Assembly: GCA_964401135.1 (NCBI GenBank)
Contig: CAYNXC010000001.1
Coordinates: forward strand, 210,264 to 274,263
Origin: an uncultured Candidatus Saccharibacteria bacterium
GTDB taxonomy: Bacteria > Patescibacteriota > Minisyncoccia > Phycocordibacterales > UBA9988
Direction: 5' to 3'
DNA: 64,000 nt
The notes beneath the pieces are model-generated. The model was not told the DNA's origin and ran no database searches. It worked only from the letters and a program-made list of their open reading frames with translations. The position numbers and the translations under genes were made by a program. Positions 25,449 to 36,050 of the stretch are shown here, one piece after another. Each line of letters starts with the position of its first letter. Position 1 is the first letter of the stretch.

Positions 25449-27359
25449 ATGAAATCATTGGAAGGATTAAATGAACAACAGCGGAAAGCGGCAGAGATGA
25501 CAGAAGGACCGCTTCTCATTGTTGCAGGAGCAGGCGCCGGAAAGACAAAAACACTCACTCACCGCATTATGCGACTCATGGAGAACAGGGTAGCGCCCGA
25601 GTCTATACTTGCCGTTACCTTTACCAATAAAGCGGCAAAAGAGATGAGTGATCGCGTCCGGCTCTTAACCCCAGAAGGAAAAAGCATTCCGTTTATGAGC
25701 ACCTTCCACGCACTCTGCGTGTATATACTCCGTGAGAACGCATCAAAGATTGGATATCCAAGATACTTCCACATTGCAGATAAAGAGGATTCCCTCTCCC
25801 TCGTCAAGCAAGCAATGGATGAGCTTGGTATCTCACAAAAAGAACACGAACCAAGGAAAATTTTGTCCGCGATCTCACGAGAAAAGAACGCTATGGTTTC
25901 CCGTGTTACCTATGACGAGAAAGCACGCGACCCCTTCAGGAGAAGGGTCGCACAAATCTGGCGTCGCTATGCGGATCTGTGTAAAAAGACACATATGCTA
26001 GACTTCGATGATCTCGTGGGGAAGACGGTGGAGCTATTCCGTAGTGACCCTGAGACCTTGGGACAGTATCAAGATCGCTGGCGCTACATACATATCGACG
26101 AATACCAAGACACAAACACTGCCCAGTATGAGTTGGTATCACTCCTTGCGAAAAAATACAAAAATATTGCCGTCGTGGGAGACGCTGACCAATCTATTTA
26201 TGGGTGGCGAGGTGCCGACTTTACCAATATGCTCAACTTTGAGCGCGACTACCCTGGAGCCGCGGTGGTAATACTGGAAGAAAACTATCGTTCAACACAA
26301 ACCATTATCGCAGCCGCAAATGAGGTGATACAAAAAAATCAGGAACGAACAGAAAAATCACTCTTCACTAAAAATAAAGTTGGCGAAAAGATAGGACTAA
26401 TCACCGCGCTCCATGAGACAGGGGAAGCCCGTGAGGTGGCAAAAAAAGTCCGAGAAGCAATCCACTCTGGTGGTGTGCGAGCATCGGATATTGCAGTACT
26501 CTATCGGGCAAACTTTCAATCTCGCGCACTGGAAGAAGCTTTCCTCTCTCTCGGCATACCCTACCGCGTACTGGGAACTCGCTTCTTTGAACGCAAAGAA
26601 GTAAAAGATATGCTCGCATACCTGCGCGCAGCACTAGATACGGAAGATATAGAGAGTGTGAAGCGTATTATCAATACTCCCAGACGAGGCTTGGGGAAGG
26701 CCGCCGTGGCAAAAATTTTTTCTGGGGCACAGAGTGCCTTAACAGGAACTGCGGCACGGGGTGCTCAACAATTTTTTTCTCTCCTTTCGCATATTAAAGA
26801 GAAGGTAGAGCAAGTACCACTCTCTGAAGTAATGAAATATGTACTTATAGAGAGTGGATGGGAAAGAGAACTACGCGAGGGAGGTGATGAGGGAGAGGAA
26901 CGGTTAGAAAACTTGCGAGAATTAGTAACTATCGCGAACGGGTACGACGCACTCCCGAGAGAGGAGGGGATAGAGCGCTTTCTCACCGATGCGGCACTCC
27001 TCTCTGCAGAAGAGGAAGAGGAGGAGAAAGGGAAGGAGGGAGTGCGGATGATGACTGTGCATGCCGCAAAAGGGCTAGAATTTAACTATGTATTTGTGGT
27101 TGGACTTGAGCAAGACCTATTCCCTCACGCACGCATCTCGGGTGATGGGCGTAATGCGGAAGAGGAGCGAAGACTCTTTTATGTTGCAATTACTCGTGCA
27201 CGGGAGAAATTGTATCTCTCGTACGCACAGACAAGAACCATCTACGGCTCACGGAGAATCAATCTCCCCTCCGAATTCCTCCTTGATATCAGCGACGATC
27301 TTATAGACATGGAGGCGATACACCCCATGGATTCCGAGGATGTGATAGAGTGGGATTAA
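25449..27359 (+). CDS. pcrA: UvrD/PcrA superfamily I DNA helicase
   Basis: AGAGAGKT, VTFTNKAA, DEYQDTN, VGDADQSIYGWRGA, NYRS, TVHAAKGLEF, EERRLFYVAITRA. Confidence 0.95.
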   Translation: MKSLEGLNEQQRKAAEMTEGPLLIVAGAGAGKTKTLTHRIMRLMENRVAPESILAVTFTNKAAKEMSDRVRLLTPEGKSIPFMSTFHALCVYILRENASKIGYPRYFHIADKEDSLSLVKQAMDELGISQKEHEPRKILSAISREKNAMVSRVTYDEKARDPFRRRVAQIWRRYADLCKKTHMLDFDDLVGKTVELFRSDPETLGQYQDRWRYIHIDEYQDTNTAQYELVSLLAKKYKNIAVVGDADQSIYGWRGADFTNMLNFERDYPGAAVVILEENYRSTQTIIAAANEVIQKNQERTEKSLFTKNKVGEKIGLITALHETGEAREVAKKVREAIHSGGVRASDIAVLYRANFQSRALEEAFLSLGIPYRVLGTRFFERKEVKDMLAYLRAALDTEDIESVKRIINTPRRGLGKAAVAKIFSGAQSALTGTAARGAQQFFSLLSHIKEKVEQVPLSEVMKYVLIESGWERELREGGDEGEERLENLRELVTIANGYDALPREEGIERFLTDAALLSAEEEEEEKGKEGVRMMTVHAAKGLEFNYVFVVGLEQDLFPHARISGDGRNAEEERRLFYVAITRAREKLYLSYAQTRTIYGSRRINLPSEFLLDISDDLIDMEAIHPMDSEDVIEWD

Positions 27360-28126
27360 TGTACGCAAAAAAGAGCCTCGGGCAACACTTTCTTAACTCA
27401 CAGAGTGTCCTTTCGGCAATCCGTGATGCAGGCGATGTCAATGCGGATGATATCGTACTTGAGATCGGACCTGGGAAAGGAGTGCTAACTGAAATACTTC
27501 TCACATCCGTGGCTAAGGTGGTCGCTGTTGAAAAAGATTCCGCACTTGTGATGTACTTGCGTGAGCGCTTCAATGACGCAATATGCGACGGCCGTCTTGA
27601 TCTTATAGAGCAGGACATATTGGATTTTGATCCGGAAACACTCTCATCTTATGGCTTTTCTTATAAGGTTGTTGCGAATATTCCCTACTACATCACAGGA
27701 GCCATCATTAAGAAATTTTTATCAGCAAGACGACAGCCAGAGCGGATGGTGCTCCTCATACAAAAGGATGTTGCCGAGCGGATCCTTGCAAAGGACGGGA
27801 AGGAGAGCATCCTCTCGCTCTCGGTTAAGGCATACGGGGAGCCGTACTATGAGCAGACGGTAAGGAGTGGATCTTTTAGCCCTGCACCGAAGGTAGATTC
27901 GGCAATTATATGCATACAGGACATATCGCGGGCGCATTTTACACAGGTTTCTGAAGAACAATTCTTTACTCTCATAAAAAAGGGTTTCTCGTCTAAGCGG
28001 AAAATGCTCAAGAATAATATTGAAGCAGATGCTGGGCTACTTACCGGATGTGGTGTTGATGAGAAGGCCCGAGCTGAAGACCTCACACTCACACAATGGC
28101 TATGCCTCGCGTCTCATACCTCATAA
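27359..28126 (+). CDS. rsmA: 16S rRNA m6,2A dimethyltransferase
   Basis: KKSLGQHFL, LEIGPGKGVLT, ANIPYYIT, F.PAPKVDS. Confidence 0.96.
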   Translation: MYAKKSLGQHFLNSQSVLSAIRDAGDVNADDIVLEIGPGKGVLTEILLTSVAKVVAVEKDSALVMYLRERFNDAICDGRLDLIEQDILDFDPETLSSYGFSYKVVANIPYYITGAIIKKFLSARRQPERMVLLIQKDVAERILAKDGKESILSLSVKAYGEPYYEQTVRSGSFSPAPKVDSAIICIQDISRAHFTQVSEEQFFTLIKKGFSSKRKMLKNNIEADAGLLTGCGVDEKARAEDLTLTQWLCLASHTS

Positions 28127-28524
28127 TCGCCGCTTTAGCTCTTGTCATTCTTGAAGTCGGACTTCCTTCTGGAAGCGGAAGTCCGACTTCAGCTCGTGAC
28201 TGGAGTCGAACTTCAGTCATTACTGTAGAAGGAGTAGATTATCGCGTGCGCGTTGTAGATACACCAAGAGAGCGGGCTCAGGGACTCTCGGGTACCACGA
28301 GACTTGCTCCTAATGAGGGGATGCTCTTTGTGTTTGAGGAAGTGGGACTACACGGCTTCTGGATGAAAGATATGAACTACGCTATAGACATTTTATGGCT
28401 CAATGATGAGTTTAAACCTGTAGGAGTCACAGAAAATATTTCTCCTGACAGCTTCCCCACTATCTTCTACCCTCCTATACCTGTCCGATATGCACTAGAG
28501 ATCGCTACGAAGTCCCCACAATAG
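28096..28524 (+). CDS. DUF192 domain protein
   Basis: R..GL, GMLFVF, FWMKDM...IDI, YALEI. Confidence 0.9.
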   Translation: MAMPRVSYLIIAALALVILEVGLPSGSGSPTSARDWSRTSVITVEGVDYRVRVVDTPRERAQGLSGTTRLAPNEGMLFVFEEVGLHGFWMKDMNYAIDILWLNDEFKPVGVTENISPDSFPTIFYPPIPVRYALEIATKSPQ

Positions 28525-28846
28525 AGATAATCCCTTCATTAGGGATGATTTGGCAATGATGACGGACTCTTATATAGCACGCGTTACCAGTACCTGGGAT
28601 ATAGTTCCCTAAGAGCCAAGTCCCTGGAGAGGATACATTGTGAAATTGATATAGACGGGTACTACCAGGAACATAGTGATATCTCCCTGCACGAGGAGGA
28701 CCTACCATCACTACATGACCTACAGTACAAGTACAATAGATTGGCCGTCCTGTAATCCGGCCGCCAAAGGGGAGTGTGCCAGCCGCAAAAAGAGGAGAAG
28801 GGAGAAGTGTTGCCAAAAAAGCCAGTGTAATAAGTATCTTTTTCAT
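28505..28846 (-). CDS. Small secreted Cys-containing protein
   Basis: Signal peptide; PFGG.I, CTC, G.W.LG.Y, C..C, ends VGTS. Confidence 0.8.
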   Translation of the reverse strand: MKKILITLAFLATLLPSPLFAAGTLPFGGRITGRPIYCTCTVGHVVMVGPPRAGRYHYVPGSTRLYQFHNVSSPGTWLLGNYIPGTGNACYIRVRHHCQIIPNEGIISIVGTS

Positions 28847-28847
28847 A

Positions 28848-29372
28848 CTAAGGGTCCAGCTGCTCTATAAAAGTGGCCGTGTTACTGTCGCCATTCTCAT
28901 TATGAATATACAGAAAAATATCTTGGGTGTTTCCATGAACTGGGTTTTGAGGTAATCCCGGAGCACCTAAGCTGATGCCCCAATGTGAGAGGGTAGAGAG
29001 AGCTTCTTCCTCCGACTGTACGACGGGTGGGTAACGGTGAATGAAGCGTATTTCTGTACCATTTTTTTGTGATGGGACAGAGTAGCGCGTCTCAAATATG
29101 GTATGCACGGTATTACTTGCCGTAAAACCCTTACCCTGTATCACTATTTCAGTCCCCGAGACCCCGCGGGAAGGCGAGAGTGCAGTAATCATGGGAGTGC
29201 TCGCACTCACCACAACGGTGGTAGGCACGGTAGAGATCGGCGTGGGATACAGAGCCAACCTTCGTAAGAGCAAGAGTAGTGTCGCACGCATTGATGGAGA
29301 AAAAGAAGCCCCATATACAATACCGGGGGAGATAAGTGCGCCTAGTACGAAGATAAGGTGGATGCGCCTCAT
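28848..29372 (-). CDS. Secreted IPT/TIG-domain protein
   Basis: Signal peptide; P.IT.LSP.RG..GT.I.I.G.GF...N.V and N.NG.SN motifs. Confidence 0.75.
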   Translation of the reverse strand: MRRIHLIFVLGALISPGIVYGASFSPSMRATLLLLLRRLALYPTPISTVPTTVVVSASTPMITALSPSRGVSGTEIVIQGKGFTASNTVHTIFETRYSVPSQKNGTEIRFIHRYPPVVQSEEEALSTLSHWGISLGAPGLPQNPVHGNTQDIFLYIHNENGDSNTATFIEQLDP

Positions 29373-29439
29373 ATAAGTAGTATACTGTAATTGCGTTATC
29401 CACCCAACAGGCACTCAAAATCACGCTATACTTACAGTT

Positions 29440-30297
29440 ATGAATAAGTTTGCCGCTGGTCTACTCACGGCCTTTGTTTGTGTACTCGCTTTTCTATGGT
29501 GGTTTGGTGGGAAAGTAGAACGGGGAGAAATTGGCAATGCGCTCTACACCGCAGAGAAAAAGGATGCAAAAGCCGAGATTGCCGACAGCGACAAGGATGG
29601 CCTGCGAGATTGGGAAGAACGACTCTGGGGTACTGACATACATTCAACAGATAGTGATGGAGACGGAACAGGGGATGGTGAAGAGGTCGCCCTCGGGAGA
29701 GATCCCAAGAAAAAGTCACCAGGAGATACCCTCTCAAATAAGGAGGACATTGCCCGTGCCGCAATTCACGAGAGTGTGAGCGAGGGAGGGGGCACCATAA
29801 TACCCACAACGGAGGATTTAAAACCAACACTTACTTACACCGCATTTGATATCCATACAGTGGACTCAAAGGATCAGGCTTTTCTCATAAACTATGGGGC
29901 AAGTTTGCGCACAAACTTACGGCCACTCAGCACAGGATTTGGCTCTGCAGCGAGTAATACTATTGCAGTGCTCTCAAAAAAAGATTCGGGGAGTATAGAA
30001 CGGATTAAGGCAGAAGAAACACTACTTATTACAATTACCAAAGAGTTACTCGTTCTTGATGTGCCAGAGTCAGCGAGCGTAATCCACCTTAAACTCCTCA
30101 ATTCACTCACAGAATTAGCAGAGCTCGCGTATACTATGGAGCAAGTGGAGCGTGAACCTGCGTTTGCGCTCGCCAGTGCTGAGGCATACGAAAAGAAAAA
30201 GCCCGAACTCTTGGCAGTGCTCGGTGAGATAAACGCATATTTCAAAGGAGAGGGGGTACGCTTTGATTCAAAAAATGCCGTCACTATAAGTCTATGA
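29440..30297 (+). CDS. Membrane-anchored protein with DxDxDG (TSP3-like Ca-binding) repeats; first gene of T4SS-like operon
   Basis: DSDKDGLRDWEE..WGTD...DSDGDG..DG.EV..G.DP. Confidence 0.8.
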   Translation: MNKFAAGLLTAFVCVLAFLWWFGGKVERGEIGNALYTAEKKDAKAEIADSDKDGLRDWEERLWGTDIHSTDSDGDGTGDGEEVALGRDPKKKSPGDTLSNKEDIARAAIHESVSEGGGTIIPTTEDLKPTLTYTAFDIHTVDSKDQAFLINYGASLRTNLRPLSTGFGSAASNTIAVLSKKDSGSIERIKAEETLLITITKELLVLDVPESASVIHLKLLNSLTELAELAYTMEQVEREPAFALASAEAYEKKKPELLAVLGEINAYFKGEGVRFDSKNAVTISL

Positions 30298-32390
30298 AGG
30301 TACGAGAACATACACTCATTATAATCTCGCTCGGAATCGCCTTTCTTTCAATCTTTTTTGTAGGGTCGCTCACGGTACAGGCAGAGGAACAAAGGGCAAA
30401 CGATAACAGTCTTATTCAAGCTGGTTTTGATTACGGCCCACAAGAAACAATTGCTCAAGAAATTATTAATGGTCGTGCCGAGAACGACCTCAAAGAGTGT
30501 GTCGCAGAAACAGGGAATACTACCTCGGGAGGATCATCCGGTGGCGACTATGTTCCCGTGCATGAAGTGGGGGAGCTCCTCTCGCTCACCACGGGCATCA
30601 ATAAAAAAGTAACGCACGGCAACGATCTCTTGGTAGATATCTGTATGCACTTAAAGGCGATACGACGCGTGCAGTATGTAATGGAGGCACAAGTGCTCTA
30701 CCATGACCCCAATGCGCGCAAGGCCGCGGCAAAGGCAATCTTTGAACACAAACAGTCCTTCATAGAGAACAACATTAAGAAGGGTTATGAAGTTTCTCCC
30801 GCACTCCTCGGTACCAGCGGGACAGAGAGTAGTTCGGAAAATAAGCAGCCGCTCTATGTGGCAAATATGGACGAGCACCTCAAGTCTGTACGCAGTGAGG
30901 CCTACGGAGTTTTTGATGCTGATTTAACCACACTCAACTCTTCAGCAAATCCAAATATCTTCACCGATAGCATCCGCAAAAATCTTGCAGTCTCTGAAGC
31001 AGCAGGGGAGAGTGAGGAATCACGATTGAGGACATCTCTCGGGTCTACTATCACGAAAGATGAATTCAACGCCTTTACCAACGACTTCTCACAAGGTGGG
31101 TGGGATATGTGGCTCAAGGTACTTGATCCACGCAACAACTACAGAGGCTCAAAAATTCTTGCACAGGATGAGCTCAATTATAGAAAGTCACTCGCAGAGA
31201 CAAACGCGAGAGAAGAAATTGCATCAGCAAAAGGATTTCTCCCTGTTCGTGAATGTGCCACAGAAAACTGGGTAACAACTGCTGATGGGAAGAAGTACTG
31301 TAGAAAGTGGACGGTCAAAACTCCTGGGACCATCAACGAGAGTTACCTTGCAGACATTGTCGGGTCAACTCTGCGTCAAAATGAGATAGCAGATCAGTCG
31401 GTGGAAGATTTTAGCAAGACAGAGTTTGCACGCGTAGAGAGTGAGTTAACTAACCTAGAAAAGGTGGGGAAGACGGAGGACAGAGTAGCAGTACAGAGCA
31501 TCTTCCAAAAAGAGGATCCATGCCCCGGACCAGGGCCTTGTGAAGATTCTGGCTGGGTGGGGAGTAGTGCAGGAGGAGGGATAGGCGGAGGAGGAGGTAT
31601 CACTAACCCAACAACACTCGCGCAACAAATTTATAACAATAAAAATACATTACCAGGTCTCCCTGATGGATTACAATCAATCTTCAACATCCCTGGACTC
31701 TCACAGGAAGCAATCATCAAACAGATTACAGAGTGGCTTAAAAAAGATACCAATGGAAATGGTACTCCCGACTACTTAGAGAGTGAGCCCCCGAAGATTG
31801 TCTTTACTGCCGAAACCAACTCCCTTGCAATTGCGGCCGATGCGGATAGAAACACCACAAAACTTACCTGGAATGCGTGGAATGCAACGGAGTGCAGTGC
31901 GGTCAACGACTGGTTGAGTGCAAGTACGATTACAAAATCGCGCGATACCAAGCTCGCCCCAACAGGGACGCTCACCGTACGACACCCATACACCTTTACC
32001 GTGAGTCTCTCTCGGAGTCCTGACTTAAGTGGATGGAGCACGGGGAGAGTAACGAGCGTGGCGGATCAATTTCTCCTCTCTCAAAAAACAACCATTGATC
32101 TCTCTGGTCTTACTGCCGCGTCGGGGTTAAGCTTCACCCTCTCACTTGGCACCAATGCCAACCTCACTGTAGTGGGAAATAGTTCAAATCAAAATCTGAC
32201 ACAGTCATTCAAAGAAGCGTATAACACACTCTCACAGACAGATGTGAATTATTCTGCTTTGCGTGGTAAGTACGCATTCACTTTTGATATCTCAAACAAA
32301 AAAATCTACATCAGTGCCAATCCGATATACAAAATCTCTTGCACGAATGCGAACAGTACAGAATATAAAGATGTAACGATTACGCGATGA
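30294..32390 (+). CDS. Large secreted protein of the T4SS-like operon
   Basis: Signal/TM; helical core with DFSQGGWD.W and TPG motifs, Gly linker, beta-rich C-terminus; ATGA overlaps. Confidence 0.8.
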   Translation: MKVREHTLIIISLGIAFLSIFFVGSLTVQAEEQRANDNSLIQAGFDYGPQETIAQEIINGRAENDLKECVAETGNTTSGGSSGGDYVPVHEVGELLSLTTGINKKVTHGNDLLVDICMHLKAIRRVQYVMEAQVLYHDPNARKAAAKAIFEHKQSFIENNIKKGYEVSPALLGTSGTESSSENKQPLYVANMDEHLKSVRSEAYGVFDADLTTLNSSANPNIFTDSIRKNLAVSEAAGESEESRLRTSLGSTITKDEFNAFTNDFSQGGWDMWLKVLDPRNNYRGSKILAQDELNYRKSLAETNAREEIASAKGFLPVRECATENWVTTADGKKYCRKWTVKTPGTINESYLADIVGSTLRQNEIADQSVEDFSKTEFARVESELTNLEKVGKTEDRVAVQSIFQKEDPCPGPGPCEDSGWVGSSAGGGIGGGGGITNPTTLAQQIYNNKNTLPGLPDGLQSIFNIPGLSQEAIIKQITEWLKKDTNGNGTPDYLESEPPKIVFTAETNSLAIAADADRNTTKLTWNAWNATECSAVNDWLSASTITKSRDTKLAPTGTLTVRHPYTFTVSLSRSPDLSGWSTGRVTSVADQFLLSQKTTIDLSGLTAASGLSFTLSLGTNANLTVVGNSSNQNLTQSFKEAYNTLSQTDVNYSALRGKYAFTFDISNKKIYISANPIYKISCTNANSTEYKDVTITR

Positions 32391-34447
32391 AGCACTGCTC
32401 ACGGATAATTGCGGGGACACTCTTTTTTCTCACTATTTTTGTTTTGTTTTTTGGTGTAGTCCAGACAGTAAATGCTCAAGCCCCTTTACCAGTAATTCCT
32501 GGGTATAACGCTCCTGACACTCCTGAATGGCATGAGATAGCAAGAAAACAAAACACAATGGTAACAGAGTCAGTGGGAGGAGAAGGGGGATTGCTTTCAT
32601 TTCTTCTTCCCAGTTTCAGTGATTTAACAAATTGGATTGGGGATGTTATTTCAACCGCACTCATTTGGCTTGCTGGCAACTTCCTTTGGTTGGGCGGCAA
32701 ACTTCTGGATGCTTCCGTCCAATTTAATGTCTGCGATATGAAGAGTCTAATGGGGACGGCTGTTGTCTCCCAGGGGTGGCTTATCGCTCGTAATATCGCT
32801 AACTTCTTCTTCATCTTCATCCTCCTCTACATTGCCATCTCTATTATTTTAAATGTTGGAGAAAGTCAAAAGAGGTTAATTGTATGGGTCGTGATCATTG
32901 CGCTCGTCATTAACTTTAGCGCCGTGCTTACGCGCTTTGTTATTGATGTATCTAACATCTTTGCCTATCAATTCTATTCAAGCATTGTGGGGGGAGGGGA
33001 TCCGTGCACCGAAGAGAGTCGTAATACAACAGGAATTTCTGCTAATTATATGACTGCATTGAAGTTTCAGAAATATGCAGAAGAAGAATCGAGCTCTGAC
33101 TCTCTCTATAAGGGTATTGAAGGATTTGGAGCAAAGACAGTGACAGGAATCATGACGGCAACATTTATTACCATCACTGCATGGAGTTTTATTATTGTCG
33201 CAGCACTAATGATTATCCGTTCCGCGGTGTTAATGATTCTTATTGTGCTCTCACCAATCGCATTTATGGGATTTATCCTACCACAAATAAAACAGGTAAT
33301 GACTAAGTGGTGGGGCGCACTTATTAGTCAAGCCTTCTTTGCGCCGGTGTACCTCTTCTTTGCCTACATCACCCTCGTCCTCGCTAAGGGTACTGTGGCA
33401 CTTTTTTCACAAGAGACTTTTGCCTCTGGATCTGAACAGATATTCAAAATCTTTTTGCAGTACTCAATCCTCATTACACTCATTGTCGTAGGACTCATCC
33501 AAGCAAAAAAGATGAGTGCCGCCGGCGGAGGGGCAGTGCAAGCGCGAGTACTTAAGTCTCTTGATTGGATGCGCGGACAAGCAACAGGAGCCATGGGACG
33601 CAATACAGTGGGGAGACTCGGCCGTCAAATCGCTGATAGTGATCGTGTTAAGAGATGGTCATCAGGCTCTGGTGGTATCTTAAAGAAAGCCGCGGGGATT
33701 CCTATTAAGAATGCAAGTGCTTCTATGGCTGGAGGGAAGTATGGTGGCGGGAAGAGTTACGATGATATTGTTAAGAAGCAAATTGAACGGGCAAAGGGAA
33801 TTGAAGACCCTGCAGATAAAGCGCGCGTCTTGGGAGGAATGAGTACTGCCGCGCGCAGAGAGTACTTTGATAGTCTCTCTGACCGTGAGAAAGCAGAGAC
33901 ACTTGATGCGGCAAAGACTCTCGGGGGCTTCACGCAAGCACGGGTAGAAGGACAGCGTGAGCGACTTACCGCAGAGCAGGTTGAAAAAATGGAGAAGGCA
34001 GGTGGAGAGGGGAAGGATGCTACACGCAAAAAAGAGCAATCCGCAGATATTGAAGCAGTGGTTGGTAATACAGAAAAAGGTATAGCTGGTCTACCAAGAG
34101 GTTCAGACGAGAGAAGAATTAAGATTGAAAAGGTGGTCACAGGACTTAAAGATGATGAGGGACGCAAACTGGCAAAGATTGTTGAAGATGCGGACACGAC
34201 CGACATTGCCACAATGTACGGGAAGATGAACCCACTTGATCTTGTAGACTTAATGGGGAAGGCTAAACTCTCAAATGATGCTAAAGAAAAACTACGAAAG
34301 GGGATGTTGGATCTTGGAGAAGATCACCCAACATTTATTGAGCTACACAGTAATCCAAAATTAAAGATCCTCTTTGGTAGTACACCAATAAACGCACCTA
34401 GGTCAGCACCGACTCCTGCTAATCCTCCAGGAACCACTACAGCATGA
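32387..34447 (+). CDS. VirB6/TrbL-like polytopic membrane protein
   Basis: GW..RNIANFFFIFILL, ALVINFS, IIR...L.ILIVLSPIAF, WW..L; charged C-terminal tail. Confidence 0.75.
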   Translation: MKHCSRIIAGTLFFLTIFVLFFGVVQTVNAQAPLPVIPGYNAPDTPEWHEIARKQNTMVTESVGGEGGLLSFLLPSFSDLTNWIGDVISTALIWLAGNFLWLGGKLLDASVQFNVCDMKSLMGTAVVSQGWLIARNIANFFFIFILLYIAISIILNVGESQKRLIVWVVIIALVINFSAVLTRFVIDVSNIFAYQFYSSIVGGGDPCTEESRNTTGISANYMTALKFQKYAEEESSSDSLYKGIEGFGAKTVTGIMTATFITITAWSFIIVAALMIIRSAVLMILIVLSPIAFMGFILPQIKQVMTKWWGALISQAFFAPVYLFFAYITLVLAKGTVALFSQETFASGSEQIFKIFLQYSILITLIVVGLIQAKKMSAAGGGAVQARVLKSLDWMRGQATGAMGRNTVGRLGRQIADSDRVKRWSSGSGGILKKAAGIPIKNASASMAGGKYGGGKSYDDIVKKQIERAKGIEDPADKARVLGGMSTAARREYFDSLSDREKAETLDAAKTLGGFTQARVEGQRERLTAEQVEKMEKAGGEGKDATRKKEQSADIEAVVGNTEKGIAGLPRGSDERRIKIEKVVTGLKDDEGRKLAKIVEDADTTDIATMYGKMNPLDLVDLMGKAKLSNDAKEKLRKGMLDLGEDHPTFIELHSNPKLKILFGSTPINAPRSAPTPANPPGTTTA

Positions 34448-34956
34448 ACACATTAACACCAGATCAGCTCCGTGAGATATACAACTCGCTCCCTGAGGAT
34501 CTTCAAGACGCAATGGGTTCGGCACAGACCTCAGAGACAGTACGCCGTATCAGCAACAACTACGGGCTCTCACTAGATCAAATGGGTGAACTTACAGAAG
34601 AGATTGGCCTCACTATGCTTGGTGTAAACACGCTTGAAGATATGCCAAAAAATATTGCGCTTCGACTTGGCACAGATCTCCCTATGGGAACTGCTATTTA
34701 TAGAGATATTAATGGGAGTATCTTCTTAAGGGTGCAGGGGAGCCTAAAGCAAGTACAGGAGCTCCGCGAATCCAAACCTCTACTTACCTACTCCATACAA
34801 AAGGAGAAGATTGTTCCACCTTCCTCACCAACCCCAGCCCCCGTACAAGCACGAGAACAAGCCCTCCCTCAAACACCACACACTGTACTAACTTCGCCAC
34901 ACACCCCAATGCCCAACAAGTCTGCAAATGATCCGTATCGTGAAATAATAGAGTAA
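34444..34956 (+). CDS. Conserved-looking hypothetical protein ending DPYRE.IE
   Basis: N-terminal LP.DLQDA helical domain, Pro-rich linker; translationally coupled. Confidence 0.8.
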   Translation: MNTLTPDQLREIYNSLPEDLQDAMGSAQTSETVRRISNNYGLSLDQMGELTEEIGLTMLGVNTLEDMPKNIALRLGTDLPMGTAIYRDINGSIFLRVQGSLKQVQELRESKPLLTYSIQKEKIVPPSSPTPAPVQAREQALPQTPHTVLTSPHTPMPNKSANDPYREIIE

Positions 34957-35387
34957 TGGATTTCCAAGTACCACAATTTATTGAGATAGAGGACAAAATA
35001 TTCGGCCCACTCACCTTCAAACAGTTTGTCTACATTGCCGGTGGAGCGGGGGCGGCATTTGTGCTGTACTCAATTCTCTCTCAATTTCTTCCTTCAGCCA
35101 TCGCAATCATCATCGCTGTCCCCCTTGTTGGCTTGGGACTTGCGCTCGCATTCTATAAAATAAACGAGCGGCCACTCATTTACCTTGTACAAGCCGCGGT
35201 GCTCTATCTTCTTCGCGGAAAGCTGTACCGATGGAGAAAAGAAGAGTATCAGTTAGGAGAAGACCGGGTGAGTCTCCCTTCCGCGCAAAAAAATCCTCTA
35301 CAGGCAACGCCTGTTCGCGGCGACCGTCTCTCTGGTATTGCATGGAATTTAGATGTTCGCAAAGAGATCCCTACCGAACATACATAA
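34956..35387 (+). CDS. PrgI family (VirB3-like) protein
   Basis: FQVPQFIEIEDKIFGPLT.KQF, two TMs, LAF.K.N.RP. Confidence 0.88.
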   Translation: MDFQVPQFIEIEDKIFGPLTFKQFVYIAGGAGAAFVLYSILSQFLPSAIAIIIAVPLVGLGLALAFYKINERPLIYLVQAAVLYLLRGKLYRWRKEEYQLGEDRVSLPSAQKNPLQATPVRGDRLSGIAWNLDVRKEIPTEHT

Positions 35388-35390
35388 GCT

Positions 35391-36050
35391 ATGGCAACAA
35401 AACAAGCAAACGCTTCACAAAAATTTCTCCCTATCCGCGAAATACGCGATAGTGTTGTGGTACTCTCTGATGGTGGAATGCGTATGGCCTTAATGGCCTC
35501 GTCTCTTAACTTTGCACTGAAATCACAAGACGAACAGATGGCAATACTACTCCAGTTTCAAAATTTTTTAAATGCTCTTGATTTTCATATTGAGTTTTTC
35601 ATAGAATCTCGCCGCTTGGACATACGACCCTACCTGCGCATCCTTGAGGACCGTATGAAGGAGCAGGTCAACGATCTGGTAAAAATACAAACCAAAGAGT
35701 ATCTGGACTTTGTGCGCAGTTTTACTGAGAGTACCAATGTGATGTCTAAATCATTCTTTGTGGTAGTGCCCTACAGTCCTCCAATCATCCAGAACTCAAG
35801 TGGATTTTTTGGGAAAATGTTTAATCGGGATAAAACTAATACTCAAGCTCTAGATGAGAGTGCATTTGAAGAACATCGGACACAACTTGAACAGCGTTCG
35901 TATGTCGTTGCACAGGGACTTGCCGCGTTCGGAGTACGATCAGTCATCCTTGGTACCGATGAGCTGGTAGAGCTCTATTACAAATTATTTAACCCCGGAG
36001 AGAAGGATGCGCCACAACCGGGAAGCTACACCAACAATGCCTCTGTTTAA
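35391..36050 (+). CDS. VirB4-associated protein (resembles split N-terminal TraE/TraC-like part)
   Basis: SSLNFALKS.DEQ, F..FLN.LDF, FFVVVPY, EL.ELYY..FNP; lies between PrgI and VirB4. Confidence 0.75.
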   Translation: MATKQANASQKFLPIREIRDSVVVLSDGGMRMALMASSLNFALKSQDEQMAILLQFQNFLNALDFHIEFFIESRRLDIRPYLRILEDRMKEQVNDLVKIQTKEYLDFVRSFTESTNVMSKSFFVVVPYSPPIIQNSSGFFGKMFNRDKTNTQALDESAFEEHRTQLEQRSYVVAQGLAAFGVRSVILGTDELVELYYKLFNPGEKDAPQPGSYTNNASV

